A stretch of DNA of 44,099 bases, taken from NCBI GenBank assembly GCA_938040915.1, contig CALHZE010000252.1:1-44099 (forward strand), given 5' to 3'. The first letter of the stretch is position 1, and each line of letters begins with the position of its first letter. The position numbers were made by a program, and so were the translations under genes. Below are positions 28,608 through 39,300 of the stretch, piece after piece. Below the pieces are notes generated by a model that saw nothing but the letters and a program-made list of their open reading frames with translations, ran no database searches and was not told where the DNA came from. Origin of the DNA: an uncultured Bacteroidia bacterium. GTDB taxonomy: Bacteria; Bacteroidota; Bacteroidia; Bacteroidales; CAJPTX01.

Positions 28608-29165
28608 ATGTCTCGTATCGGAAATAAGCCTGTAAACTTGCCCAGCGGCGTTACCGTGACGGTTGGTAAAGACAATGTGGTAAGCGTGAAAGGTCCTTTA
28701 GGAGAGTTGAAGCAGCCAGTAGATCCAGATATTACAGTGCACGTAGAGGGATCGCAGATTCTTCTTACGCGTCCTTCTGAACAGAAGCGGCATCGTTCGT
28801 TGCATGGCTTGTATCGCGCCCTCATATACAACATGGTGTATGGGGTTTCTAAAGGGTGGGAAACTCAACAAGAACTTATTGGCGTCGGTTTTAAGGCGGA
28901 GGTACAGGGGAATGTACTTCAGATGAGTTTGGGTTTCTCTCATGACATTCATTTTATGATGCCTCCACAAGTAACGGTGGAAGCCAAGCAAGAAAAGCGT
29001 GGTAACCCGATTGTTACCTTCCGTTCGCCGGACAAACAGCTGCTTGGTATGGTTGCCGCCAAGTTGCGTTCTATTCGTCCGCCAGAGCCTTATAAGGGCA
29101 AGGGGATTCGTTTCATCGGTGAAGAGATTCGTCGCAAGGCAGGTAAGAAGGCTCAGTCGAAATAG
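28608..29165 (+). CDS. rplF: 50S ribosomal protein L6
   Basis: MSRIGNKPVNLPSGVTV... Confidence 0.96.
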   Translation: MSRIGNKPVNLPSGVTVTVGKDNVVSVKGPLGELKQPVDPDITVHVEGSQILLTRPSEQKRHRSLHGLYRALIYNMVYGVSKGWETQQELIGVGFKAEVQGNVLQMSLGFSHDIHFMMPPQVTVEAKQEKRGNPIVTFRSPDKQLLGMVAAKLRSIRPPEPYKGKGIRFIGEEIRRKAGKKAQSK

Positions 29166-29181
29166 TAAACTTTGATTCGGA

Positions 29182-29541
29182 ATGTCATCGTTAAAGACCG
29201 CGCGTAGATTGCGCATCAAGCATAGAGCTCGTTTGAAGATTTCGGGAACGGGAAGTGTTCCGCGTATGAGTGTCTTCCGTAGCAATAGCCAAATATATGT
29301 ACAGTTCATCGACGATGTGAAAGGGGTTACTTTGGCAGCAGCCTCTTCTCGTTGTAAAGAAGTTGTGGAGCGTGGACGACTTTCTGGGATAGAACAGGCC
29401 TCGGCTGTTGGAGCTCTTGCGGCTAAAGTCGCGATAGCTAAGGGGATTAAGTCCGTTGTTTTTGATCGTAATGGTTATTTATACCATGGTCGCGTTAAAG
29501 CTCTTGCAGAGTCGGCACGTGAATCAGGTTTAGATTTTTAA
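29182..29541 (+). CDS. rplR: 50S ribosomal protein L18
   Basis: 119 aa; [18 protein letters not shown]; operon order. Confidence 0.94.
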   Translation: MSSLKTARRLRIKHRARLKISGTGSVPRMSVFRSNSQIYVQFIDDVKGVTLAAASSRCKEVVERGRLSGIEQASAVGALAAKVAIAKGIKSVVFDRNGYLYHGRVKALAESARESGLDF

Positions 29542-29552
29542 TGTGGATATAG

Positions 29553-30071
29553 ATGTCTGTCGAGAGTAATGTAAGAATCCGAGCTACAGATCTAGATTTG
29601 AAGGATCGTGTGGTTTCTATTAGCCGTGTGACAAAGGTTACTAAGGGGGGGCGTACGGCGAGTTTCTCTGCTGTTGTTGTTGTCGGAGATGAGAACGGAG
29701 TTGTCGGTTATGGTCTTGGTAAGGCTAATGAAGTCTCTGTTGCGATAGCAAAAGCGATAGAGAGTGCTAAGAAGAATCTGTTTAGAATTCCGATTCTTAA
29801 TGGCACAATCCCACATGAACAGACGGCTCGTTATGGCGGATCGCGTGTTATGATACGTCCTGCTTCTCCTGGTACCGGAGTTACCGCAGGGGGAGCAATG
29901 CGAGCTGTTTTGGAGAGTGTCGGCATTCATAATGTCTTGGCTAAAAGCCGCGGTTCTTCTAACCCACATAACTTAGTGAAGGCAACTATGGCAGCTTTGC
30001 TGGAGTTACGTGATGCTTATCAGATAAGTCGTCAGCGGGGTGTTGAGTTGACGAAAGTCTTTAATGGTTAA
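29553..30071 (+). CDS. rpsE: 30S ribosomal protein S5
   Basis: 172 aa; [21 protein letters not shown]. Confidence 0.96.
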   Translation: MSVESNVRIRATDLDLKDRVVSISRVTKVTKGGRTASFSAVVVVGDENGVVGYGLGKANEVSVAIAKAIESAKKNLFRIPILNGTIPHEQTARYGGSRVMIRPASPGTGVTAGGAMRAVLESVGIHNVLAKSRGSSNPHNLVKATMAALLELRDAYQISRQRGVELTKVFNG

Positions 30072-30090
30072 TAGGGGGGAGGAGAGTCAG

Positions 30091-30270
30091 ATGTCGAAAA
30101 TTCGTATTACACAAGTTCGTAGCGTTGTTGGGGCTACTAAGCGTCAACGTATGACATTGCGAACGCTAGGGCTTCGTCGTATTCATCAGACTGTCGAATT
30201 AGATTCTTCTGAGAGTGTCTCTGGGGCTATTCGTAAGGTGAACCATTTGGTAGAGATTGAGACGTTGTAA
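30091..30270 (+). CDS. rpmD: 50S ribosomal protein L30
   Basis: I use ATG 30091 (MSKIRITQVRSVVGATKRQRMTLRTLGL...). The ORF track start at 30064 overlaps rpsE. Confidence 0.92.
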   Translation: MSKIRITQVRSVVGATKRQRMTLRTLGLRRIHQTVELDSSESVSGAIRKVNHLVEIETL

Positions 30271-30284
30271 TTGGAAAGGTAGAG

Positions 30285-30740
30285 ATGACAATTTTACGGA
30301 TAGATAGTTTGCACCCCAATGAGGGAGCTGTACGTTCTAACAAACGTAAGGGGCGTGGACAAGGATCGGGATATGGAGGAACCTCTACGCGTGGTCATAA
30401 GGGGGCTAAGTCAAGGTCTGGTTACGCAAGTAAGCAGGGTTTTGAGGGTGGTCAAATGCCTCTCCAACGTCGGTTACCAAAGTTCGGTTTTACGAACCCG
30501 TTTCGTGTGGTGTATCGGATCTTTAATCTCTCGGATCTGCAGTCCTTGGCAGAGTCGTTTGCGGTAACGGAGATTACGCCGGAGTTCTTGCGTTCTGTGG
30601 GGTATCTTGGTCAGAATGAGAGTGTTAAGATTCTTGCTGGAGGGGAGTTGAATTTAAGTCTCAATGTTACGGCTCATGCCTTTTCTAAGAAGGCTGAGGA
30701 AATTATTAAGTCCCGAAGTGGGATTGTTAATAAAGAATAG
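30285..30740 (+). CDS. rplO: 50S ribosomal protein L15
   Basis: 151 aa; GRGQGSGYGGTSTRGHKGAKSRSG. Confidence 0.95.
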   Translation: MTILRIDSLHPNEGAVRSNKRKGRGQGSGYGGTSTRGHKGAKSRSGYASKQGFEGGQMPLQRRLPKFGFTNPFRVVYRIFNLSDLQSLAESFAVTEITPEFLRSVGYLGQNESVKILAGGELNLSLNVTAHAFSKKAEEIIKSRSGIVNKE

Positions 30741-30746
30741 ATTGTA

Positions 30747-32057
30747 ATGAGACGTTTTATAGAGACGCTCAAAAATATCTATCGTATAGAGGATTTGCGT
30801 AAGCGCATCCTCTATACGTTGGGTATTTTGCTTGTATATCGTTTGGGTAGTTTTGTCGTACTGCCAGGGATAGATCCGTCACAATTGGGGGCACTCCGTC
30901 GTCAAACGGAAGACGGTGTGCTCGGTCTATTGGATATGTTCTCTGGTGGTGCTTTTAGTCACGCCTCTATTTTTGCATTGGGGATTATGCCCTACATCTC
31001 AGCATCGATTGTGGTGCAGTTGTTGGGGATGGCGATCCCTTATTTTCAGAGATTGCAGAAAGAGGGGGAAAGTGGTCATCGGAAGATAAATCAGATTACG
31101 CGTTATCTTACGGTTGCTATTTTGATTTTGCAAGCTCCAGGTTACCTCGCCAATTTACATTTCCAGTTGCCTGATACTGCTTTTGCTCTTAAGGGGATAT
31201 ATTTCACTGTGACTTCTACGATCATCCTGATTGCGGGAACTATGTTTGTTATGTGGTTAGGAGAACGCATTACGGAAAAAGGGATTGGGAATGGTATCTC
31301 TCTCATTATTATGATCGGGATTATTGCTCGGCTTCCTTTTGCTTTTACGGCAGAGTTCTTCAATAGAGCAGAAGAAATGGCTGGAGGCTTGGTGATGTTC
31401 TTGGTGGAAATGATTGTCCTATTTATCGTTTTCATGTTCTCTATTTTGCTGGTGCAGGGAACACGTCGGATTCCAGTACAATATGCAAAGCGTTTGGTCG
31501 GTAATCGGCAGTTTGGGGGGGCGCGTCAGTATATACCTCTCAAGGTAAATGCCGCTGGGGTTATGCCCATTATTTTCGCACAGGCGTTGATGATTCTTCC
31601 TGCTATGTTTTTCCGAGGAGAAAATACTACGGGTATCGCGGCTGTCTTTTCTGATATTACGGGGTTCTGGTACAATTTCGTCTTAGCTATTTTGATTATT
31701 GTGTTCACATATCTCTATACGGCGATCACAATTAATCCTAATCAGATGGCGGAAGATATGAAGCGTAATGGTGGTTTTATTCCTGGGATTAAGCCAGGGC
31801 GGGCTACTATAAATTTCTTGTATGAGATTACTTCAAGAATTACGTTGCCAGGTTCTGTATTTTTGGCAATAATTGCGATCCTTCCTTCTTTTGCTGTGAT
31901 GTTTAGTGTTGATACCCAATTTGCCCAGTTTTATGGAGGTACTTCTCTATTGATTCTTGTCGGTGTGGTGCTTGATACATTACAACAGATAGAGAGCCAT
32001 CTTTTGATGCGCCATTATGATGGGCTTATGAAGCATGGACGGGTCAGTGGACGATAG
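30747..32057 (+). CDS. secY: Preprotein translocase subunit SecY
   Basis: 436 aa, polytopic membrane protein. The N-terminus ...LRKRILYTLGILLVYRLGSFVVLPGID and its position after rplO support the call. Confidence 0.96.
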   Translation: MRRFIETLKNIYRIEDLRKRILYTLGILLVYRLGSFVVLPGIDPSQLGALRRQTEDGVLGLLDMFSGGAFSHASIFALGIMPYISASIVVQLLGMAIPYFQRLQKEGESGHRKINQITRYLTVAILILQAPGYLANLHFQLPDTAFALKGIYFTVTSTIILIAGTMFVMWLGERITEKGIGNGISLIIMIGIIARLPFAFTAEFFNRAEEMAGGLVMFLVEMIVLFIVFMFSILLVQGTRRIPVQYAKRLVGNRQFGGARQYIPLKVNAAGVMPIIFAQALMILPAMFFRGENTTGIAAVFSDITGFWYNFVLAILIIVFTYLYTAITINPNQMAEDMKRNGGFIPGIKPGRATINFLYEITSRITLPGSVFLAIIAILPSFAVMFSVDTQFAQFYGGTSLLILVGVVLDTLQQIESHLLMRHYDGLMKHGRVSGR

Positions 32058-32140
32058 GGGATAATCTCTTTTCTTGTCTTGTAAAAAGTTATTATCTTTG
32101 CCTTCAATTGGAGAGTTGCTCTTCGAGCAATGGTTCGATT

Positions 32141-32941
32141 ATGCGATCTGTATACACCAAAACTGTTCAAGAAATAGGTTTTCTTCGGGAAAATAATCAG
32201 TTGGTTGCTGATACGCTTGCGTATATGGCAACACTAGTAGAACCTGGAGTGCGAACGGATATGTTAGATGCAAAGGCAGAAGAGTATATTCGTGATCATG
32301 GAGCGTTACCTGGTTTTAAAGGGTATGACGGTTTCCCGTTTACGTTATGTATTTCTGTCAATGACGTTGTTGTTCATGGCTTTCCTGGGGATTATGTCTT
32401 AAAGGAGGGAGATATCGTTTCTATTGATTGTGGAACGTTGATGCATGGATTCTATGGAGATTCTGCTTATACGTTTGCGGTAGGGGAAATTTCTCAGGAG
32501 AACAAGGCGCTCTTGCGTACGACTCGAGAAAGTTTGGATTTAGCGATTCAAAAGATAGAAACGGGGTGGAGAATCGGGGATATCGGGGCAACCATACAAG
32601 ACTATGCAGAGTCTCGAGGTTATGGGATAGTCCGAGAAATGGTAGGGCATGGCTTGGGGCGTGATATGCATGAAGAGCCTGAAGTCCCTAATTATGGGCG
32701 TCGTGGTCATGGTAAACTCATCATTCCTAACTTGGTTTTGTGTATAGAGCCGATGGTAACGATGGGGCGGAGAAATATCTTCGTAGATAGAGATGGTTGG
32801 ACTGTGCGTACTGTTGATCGGAAGAATGCCGCTCATTTTGAGAAGGCTATTTTTATCCGACAGGATGGAAAGGCAGAGGAATTGACTTCTTATGTAGGCA
32901 TAGAAGCTAAGCTGAAGGAGAAGGGTTTTTGGATTAGTTAG
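32141..32941 (+). CDS. map: Type I methionine aminopeptidase
   Basis: I use ATG 32141 ([17 protein letters not shown]...). Metal-ligand context [10 protein letters not shown]..., GHGLG and EPM is present. Confidence 0.93.
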   Translation: MRSVYTKTVQEIGFLRENNQLVADTLAYMATLVEPGVRTDMLDAKAEEYIRDHGALPGFKGYDGFPFTLCISVNDVVVHGFPGDYVLKEGDIVSIDCGTLMHGFYGDSAYTFAVGEISQENKALLRTTRESLDLAIQKIETGWRIGDIGATIQDYAESRGYGIVREMVGHGLGRDMHEEPEVPNYGRRGHGKLIIPNLVLCIEPMVTMGRRNIFVDRDGWTVRTVDRKNAAHFEKAIFIRQDGKAEELTSYVGIEAKLKEKGFWIS

Positions 32942-32949
32942 GGAACGGT

Positions 32950-33180
32950 ATGGTAAAACAAGCTACGATCGTAAAGGAAGGAGAGGTCATCGAATCGCTC
33001 TCAAATGCGCGTTTCCGAGTGCGTTTGGATAACGGTCTGATTGTTATGGCGCAGGTCTCTGGAAAAATGAGAATCCGTTATATCAAGATCGTAACAGGTG
33101 ATTTGGTAAAGGTTGAGTTTTCTCCCTACAATCTTACGTTGGGTAGAATAATAGTTCGAGAAAAAAGGAGTGAGGCATGA
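32950..33180 (+). CDS. infA: Translation initiation factor IF-1
   Basis: 76 aa; S1-like; ...[39 protein letters not shown]. Confidence 0.95.
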   Translation: MVKQATIVKEGEVIESLSNARFRVRLDNGLIVMAQVSGKMRIRYIKIVTGDLVKVEFSPYNLTLGRIIVREKRSEA

Positions 33181-33296
33181 AAGTACGTACATCTGTGAAG
33201 AAACGTAGTAGCGATTGCAAGTTAGTTCGTCGTAAAGGGCGTTTGTATGTGATTTGTAAGAAGAATCCAAAGTACAAACAGCGTCAGGGTAAATAG
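33177..33296 (+). CDS. rpmJ: 50S ribosomal protein L36 (C-minus, zinc-independent form)
   Basis: Hand translation gives [39 protein letters not shown] (39 aa). The ATG shares an ATGA overlap with the infA stop. It is below the ORF-track size cut-off. Confidence 0.9.
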   Translation: MKVRTSVKKRSSDCKLVRRKGRLYVICKKNPKYKQRQGK

Positions 33297-33320
33297 GGAG
33301 TTGAGTAATTTAGAAGTAGA

Positions 33321-33698
33321 ATGGCGCGTATAGTGGGTGTGGATTTACCTAGAAATAAGCGAGGGGAATTTGCTCTAACTTATATTTATGGTATTGGTCG
33401 GAGTCGAGCTCGACAGATTTTGCAACAGGCGTCTATAGATCCTAGTATTAAGGTGCAGGATTGGACGGATGAGAATGTGGCAGATATCCGTAGTGTTATC
33501 GGAGAAAAGTTCACTGTAGAAGGGGAATTGCGGGCAGAAGTTCAGATGAACATTAAGAGATTGATGGACATCGGGTGTTACCGAGGAATTCGGCATCGTC
33601 TGGGGCTTCCTGTGAGAGGTCAGGGGACGAAGAATAATGCTCGTACTCGTAAGGGGAAACGGAAAACCGTTTCGAATAAGAAGAATGCACCTAAATAG
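33321..33698 (+). CDS. rpsM: 30S ribosomal protein S13
   Basis: [14 protein letters not shown]... Confidence 0.96.
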   Translation: MARIVGVDLPRNKRGEFALTYIYGIGRSRARQILQQASIDPSIKVQDWTDENVADIRSVIGEKFTVEGELRAEVQMNIKRLMDIGCYRGIRHRLGLPVRGQGTKNNARTRKGKRKTVSNKKNAPK

Positions 33699-33704
33699 TA
33701 AGTG

Positions 33705-34094
33705 ATGGTAAAAAAGGGAGGAGTTACGCGTCGTCGTCGCGTACACGTAGAAGCGGAAGGGCAAGCTCATATCCATTCTTCGTTTAACAACATTATCGTA
33801 ACGTTGGCTAACACGAATGGTGATGTGATTTCTTGGTCTTCTTCTGGAAAAAGTAAGTTCCGCGGTTCTAAAAAGAATACACCTTATGCAGCGCAAGTCT
33901 CTGCTGCGGATTGTGCTAAAGTCGCTTACGATCTAGGACTTCGCCGTGTTACGGTTTATGTTAAGGGACCTGGGAATGGGCGTGAAGCGGCGATAAGGAC
34001 TATACATCAAGCTGGGATCGCTATTCAAGAGATTCGTGATGTAACGCCATTACCTCACAATGGGTGTCGTCCGCCTAAGCGTCGTCGCGCTTAA
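33705..34094 (+). CDS. rpsK: 30S ribosomal protein S11
   Basis: I use ATG 33705; a GTG at 33702 is also possible. [27 protein letters not shown]. Confidence 0.95.
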   Translation: MVKKGGVTRRRRVHVEAEGQAHIHSSFNNIIVTLANTNGDVISWSSSGKSKFRGSKKNTPYAAQVSAADCAKVAYDLGLRRVTVYVKGPGNGREAAIRTIHQAGIAIQEIRDVTPLPHNGCRPPKRRRA

Positions 34095-34126
34095 TTTTAT
34101 AAACTAGCGAATCTATTTGAACGATA

Positions 34127-34735
34127 ATGGCACGATATACAGGACCTACAACGAAGATTGCTCGTCGTTTTGGAGAACCTATTTTTGGCTCGGATAAGTC
34201 TTATGAAAAGAAGTCTTATCCTCCGGGAATGCATGGAAAGAATAAGAAACGGCGCAAAGTTTCTGAGTATGGAACTCAGTTGGCTGAGAAACAGAAGGCT
34301 AAGTTTACGTATGGCTTACTAGAGCGTCAGTTTGCGAATCTTTTTGAAAGAGCATCGCGTCGCAAGGGTGTTACGGGCGAAATCTTGCTCCAGTTATTGG
34401 AGTCGCGTTTGGATAACGTTGTATACCGTCTCGGTATAGCTCCCACAAGAGCGGCGGCGCGCCAGCTTGTAACACATTGTCATATTGTTGTGAATGGGAG
34501 TGTGGTTAATATCCCCTCTTATACTCTTTGCCCATCAGATTTGATTGGAGTGCGAGAAAAATCAAAATCTCTTCAGGTGATTGTGGACTCGTTGGCTTCT
34601 GGTCGTCGTAATGCTTATTCTTGGCTTGAGTGGGATGAGCGGGCAATGGTTGGGAAGTTTTTGAATGTTCCGGCGCGGGAGGATATTCCAGAAAATATCA
34701 AGGAACAGTTGATTGTGGAATTGTATTCTAAGTAG
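34127..34735 (+). CDS. rpsD: 30S ribosomal protein S4
   Basis: [20 protein letters not shown]...; 202 aa. Confidence 0.96.
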   Translation: MARYTGPTTKIARRFGEPIFGSDKSYEKKSYPPGMHGKNKKRRKVSEYGTQLAEKQKAKFTYGLLERQFANLFERASRRKGVTGEILLQLLESRLDNVVYRLGIAPTRAAARQLVTHCHIVVNGSVVNIPSYTLCPSDLIGVREKSKSLQVIVDSLASGRRNAYSWLEWDERAMVGKFLNVPAREDIPENIKEQLIVELYSK

Positions 34736-34745
34736 AATTGCAATA

Positions 34746-35732
34746 ATGGCGATATTGGATTTTCAACGACCAGATCGGGTTATTATGTTGGATGGGGGAG
34801 ACGCTCATTTAGGGCGTTTCGAGTTCCGTCCATTAGAGCCCACGTATGGTATCACTATTGGGAATGCCCTGCGTCGCATATTGCTTAATTCGCTTGAGGG
34901 ATATGCTATATCCTGGGTTAGAATAGAAGGGGTTGATCATGAGTTCTCTACCATCAGCGGTGTCGTAGAAGATGTCACGCAGATAATATTGAATCTGAAG
35001 AAAGTCCGCTTTGGGGTTGTTGATAGTGGGTATACTGGCGGGAGTGTTACTATTCCTGTTTCTGGACAGACGGAGTTTTTGGCGGGGGTTATGAATGATT
35101 ATTTGACAGGGGTGCAGGTATTGAATCCTGAGCTTGTTATTTGTCATATGACTCCTCAAACGTCTCTTGTCTTGCAGGTAAATATTCAGAAGGGGAGAGG
35201 TTATGTGCCTGCTGACGAAAATTATCAAGGTAAACCTCCGTTTGGGGTAATACCGATTGATGGTATCTATACTCCTATTCGGAATGTTAAGTATATGGTG
35301 GAGAATTATCGTGTCGAGCAAAAAACAGACTACGAGAAACTTTCTTTGGAGATTGAGACTGATGGGAGTATTGCACCTAAAGATGCTCTTAAAGAGGCAG
35401 CTGTTATCTTGATAGAGCATTTTCAACTCTTTTCAGATGAGAAGATTGAGCGAACAACGTCTGATGTCTCTAACACGGATGTCTTGTCTGATGAACAGTT
35501 GAAGCAACAGGAGTTATTGAATACTCAGTTGTCTGATTTAGGGCTTTCTGTGAGAGCGCTTAACTGTTTAAAGGCGGCGGAAGTGTATACTTTAGGTGAG
35601 TTGGCGGGGTTTAGTAAGACTGAGTTGTTGAAATTTAGGAACTTTGGACGTAAGTCATTGTCTGAATTGGAGGATCTTTTGAAAGCGCATAACTTGAGTT
35701 TCGCTGAAGATGAAGAGAAAATAAAGGAGTAA
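34746..35732 (+). CDS. rpoA: DNA-directed RNA polymerase subunit alpha
   Basis: I use ATG 34746 ([12 protein letters not shown]...). The alpha-CTD motif [20 protein letters not shown] is present. Confidence 0.95.
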   Translation: MAILDFQRPDRVIMLDGGDAHLGRFEFRPLEPTYGITIGNALRRILLNSLEGYAISWVRIEGVDHEFSTISGVVEDVTQIILNLKKVRFGVVDSGYTGGSVTIPVSGQTEFLAGVMNDYLTGVQVLNPELVICHMTPQTSLVLQVNIQKGRGYVPADENYQGKPPFGVIPIDGIYTPIRNVKYMVENYRVEQKTDYEKLSLEIETDGSIAPKDALKEAAVILIEHFQLFSDEKIERTTSDVSNTDVLSDEQLKQQELLNTQLSDLGLSVRALNCLKAAEVYTLGELAGFSKTELLKFRNFGRKSLSELEDLLKAHNLSFAEDEEKIKE

Positions 35733-35735
35733 GAG

Positions 35736-36197
35736 ATGAGACATAGTAGGAGGTTTAATCATTTGGGGCGGACTAGTGCGCATCGCGAGCTTATGTTGTC
35801 TAATATGGCTGTTTCGTTGATTTTGCATAAACGGATCGAGACAACGGTGGCTAAAGCTAAGGCGTTGAGAGTATATGTTGAGCCGATTTTAACTCGTGCC
35901 AAATTGGATTCGACGCATGCGCGCAGAGTGGCTTTTGCGGATTTACGGGATAAGTATGCGGTAAAGGAACTATTCTCGAACATCTCCCAGAAAATCGCAA
36001 ATCGTCCGGGAGGATATACGCGTATTGTTCGTATTGGGCAACGACTCGGTGATGGAGCTGAAATTTGTTTGATGGAGCTGGTTGATTTCAATGAGCTTTA
36101 TACACAGAAAAAAGGTACAAAAAAACAGACTTCGCGCCGTACGCGTCGTTCATCAAAGGTTCAGAAAGTCGATGAGGCAAACAATGTGGAGGCATAG
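35736..36197 (+). CDS. rplQ: 50S ribosomal protein L17
   Basis: MRHSRRFNHLGRTSAHRELMLSNM... Confidence 0.95.
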   Translation: MRHSRRFNHLGRTSAHRELMLSNMAVSLILHKRIETTVAKAKALRVYVEPILTRAKLDSTHARRVAFADLRDKYAVKELFSNISQKIANRPGGYTRIVRIGQRLGDGAEICLMELVDFNELYTQKKGTKKQTSRRTRRSSKVQKVDEANNVEA

Positions 36198-36222
36198 TCT
36201 TGTTAACTTCTAGTTTTATAGG

Positions 36223-36251
36223 CGGAGAAATTTTGGTTTCTCCGTTTTTTT
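36223..36251 (+). terminator. Rho-independent terminator of the ribosomal superoperon
   Basis: Perfect 8-bp stem CGGAGAAA / TTTCTCCG, 6-nt loop, then TTTTTTT. It lies 26 nt after the rplQ stop. Confidence 0.75.
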
Positions 36252-36319
36252 GTAAAGAAGCTGTGGATTGTCGCCATCATTCTTTTTACTGTCTATTGAG
36301 ATTGAAGCGATCATATGCC

Positions 36320-36350
36320 TTTGTGATTTAAGTAAAAAAAGTTAGTTTTG
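36320..36350 (+). promoter_or_regulatory. Candidate promoter of the LRR gene (-33 TTTG, 19-nt spacer, -7 TAgtTTTG)
   Basis: TTTG at 36320-36323 and TAGTTTTG at 36343-36350, ending 22 nt before ATG 36373. Confidence 0.45.
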
Positions 36351-36372
36351 TGAAGAATTTACGCTTTATACG

Positions 36373-39300
36373 ATGAAAAACCTTTTTCTCTTTCTCCTCT
36401 TTTTCTATTCTCTGTCGTTTTTATATGCAGAGGATGATTGGCATAACGAAAATGGAGTGTATTATCATTTGGATAAAGAAAAGAAAGAAGCTTCATTTAG
36501 TTTGGGAAGTGACTATTTACCGCAGGAGGTTATGATAGTCCCAGAAAGAATATCCCATGATGGCGTCGAATATAAAGTGGTGCGTATGGACGAAATCTCT
36601 TCTATACGTAATGTTCGGGAAATTAGGATTCCTTCCTCCGTTCGCGAGATAAAGAGAATTCATAAGATGCCGCTCCTCAAAAAAGTTGTGCTTGCTCATG
36701 ACGCGCCAGTGAGTATATTTGAGAACTGTCCTTTTGAGGATTTAGAGGAGCTCGTCTTCGAGGGAGGAGAATTAGATAATTTTACCCGAATCGGTAATAT
36801 ACTCTATAGTAAGGATCTTAAAACGATATATGATATTACTCCATTTAATGTGCAGTGTTTTTTTATTCCCCGTCAAGTGGAACAGTTATACCTTAACATA
36901 GGGGAGGAGAAGTGTAAGAAATTGGAGCTTGTTTTACACAAAAATGTCCGTAATGTATATGTCAATGATGAATTGAATAAACACTTTGGACGTTTTTATT
37001 TCATTACTCCTTTGGATGACGCCGGTGATGAATCGAATTTCTTTTGGAGTTTGTATAAATCAGAGTACCGCGCACGTTTAGTCTACAATCTTGGGCTAGA
37101 ACGACTAGAAGGATTACCTTTCAATCAAAAGAAGTTTTTGAGGAATTCTCTTTCGCTTGAGCCTTTCCCATATTATCTAAATCCAGCCTTTTCCTCTGAT
37201 GTAAAGCAATTAGAACTTTGTTTTATAGAAAAGAAGGGGGGAGCAGATGCGCATTTTGAAACGATTACGGAAAGTGGGAAACAATATCTCCTTAAGTGGT
37301 CATTGCTCCCTGTGAATGTGCGAGCTATTCCTAAGGAAGGGAAGCGTATTGTGGGGTATATCTCTTTTAATGACACGATCGTCGGCGATACATGCACAAT
37401 TCTTAATTGTTTTTCGAACCAATCCTTAAAAGTGCTTTCTGCAGAAGAGGGCGAACTCATTAATGGGATTGATTATCGTTTATCGCAGGATCAGAAGACG
37501 CTGATCTCTTGGCGTTCTTCTGCATTATTTGAGGACTTACGAAAGAGTCTTTTACTACAAGATGTCGAAAAGATCTCTCGTAATGCTATTGTGTTAAATG
37601 AGCGTTGTGAAGAACTATTCTTGCCTAATAAAACACTCTCTTTAGAGTCGTTCTTTGTGAAAAAGGACGCCGCTGTGAAAAAGCTTGCTCTTTCTCCGTT
37701 GATGACATCGTTATCACAAGATGCGCTCTTGACACTACCACTTCTGAAATCTCTTTACATACCAGGTACAGCGCGCATGGAGAGTGATATGCTTGATCGA
37801 GCGCTGGTTCGACAACGTGCTCATCTAAAGCATATTTATGTAGATGAGGAGAATCTTGTTGCTTGGAAAGATAAGTTTTTAGATCATCCCCTTTCTTCTT
37901 ATTTGACGCCCGTACCCAAAGAGGTAAATCTTACTAATATCGCGACGGATAAAGTGGAGATTGTTGTAAAAGATCTTACGCGGGATAGGGAATTCATTCT
38001 AAATCAAGAGCATCCTTCGTTGTCTCTTCCGAGAACAACTCATACTAGATTGCAATGGAAATCCCTTCCTAGTTACGCCATTCAGCAACCGATCGTGAAT
38101 GAGACTGCGTTGGATACGGATGCATATGAGTCGTTTCTTTTAGAAAACTTAGATTTATCGAGTCGTGGAGAAGTTATAAAGCACTCTATAGAGATTGCCA
38201 AATCTAGTGGAGGAAGGATAAGTTTGTTCACGGAGCAGGGAGCTGAATTAGAAGCAAAGTCTGTAATTAATGTATTGCGAGGAACTAGAATTCGAGTACA
38301 TGTAGAACCATATGATGGGTATATTTTCCGGACGTGTTCGATAAACGGGACTGTTTATCAAGAGAATGAGATGGATATAACCGTTGGTTCTAATGTAAGT
38401 ATAGTGGCAACATTCTATCGACCGAAAACATTAGTCCAACTTTCACTCCCATCACGGAGCTCGATCTCGTTTACTGATGTTCATGGAACTCTCCTGTTAC
38501 CAGAGCACATTTATAGGAATGATGTCATTTATGTCCAACGTCCCCTCCTTCCAGATGGTATGAAAATTGACCGTCTGGAAGTCAATGGGGTAACTGTAAC
38601 AACGTTTCCATATCAAGTCCGAGTGCAGGAAGAATTAAAGGTCGCATTAACTATAATGCCCCTCCTGCATACGATAACACTAACTCCTAAGGCTAGTAAG
38701 TATCTTAGAATTACCTCGGAGGATGGGGTTGTACTTTCGACTGAAGATAAGATTGTCGATCAGACGAAATGTCAGGTCTCGTATGCAGGTTTGCCGTTTG
38801 AACGATTAGAAAAATGCATCATAAATACTCTGGAATATCCAGCGACTGTATTACCTCTTGCTTTTACAGTAGATAGAGATTTGAGTATCGATGTCGTGGT
38901 AAGAGAAGTAACTTGTCGCGTCTTCTTGACATTTCCTCAACAATGTTCTGTCTTTATCGGAGAACAAGAAATTACCTCTTCTCCCTACGAGTATGTTGGA
39001 AAATATATGGACGAGTTGAAGATTCGCGCCGTACCTAAGGATAGATATTGTGTAAAAGAGTACAATCTGAATGGAAGTCGATATTTAGGTAACGAATTGA
39101 CGTATCGCTTAACGGAAGATGCCAATCTTATGTTCTATGCTTCCCCGAATTTTGTCTCGCTTTCTACATTGGTTGATGGCAATGGACAAATTTTAATAGA
39201 GAGGAAGGAGAAGCTAGGAGACGCTGCCGTAAGGCTTGTCGCTAGTGGAACGTCCGTGAAAGTCACGCCAGTTCCAGCTAAGAACTATTATTGTGAGAGC

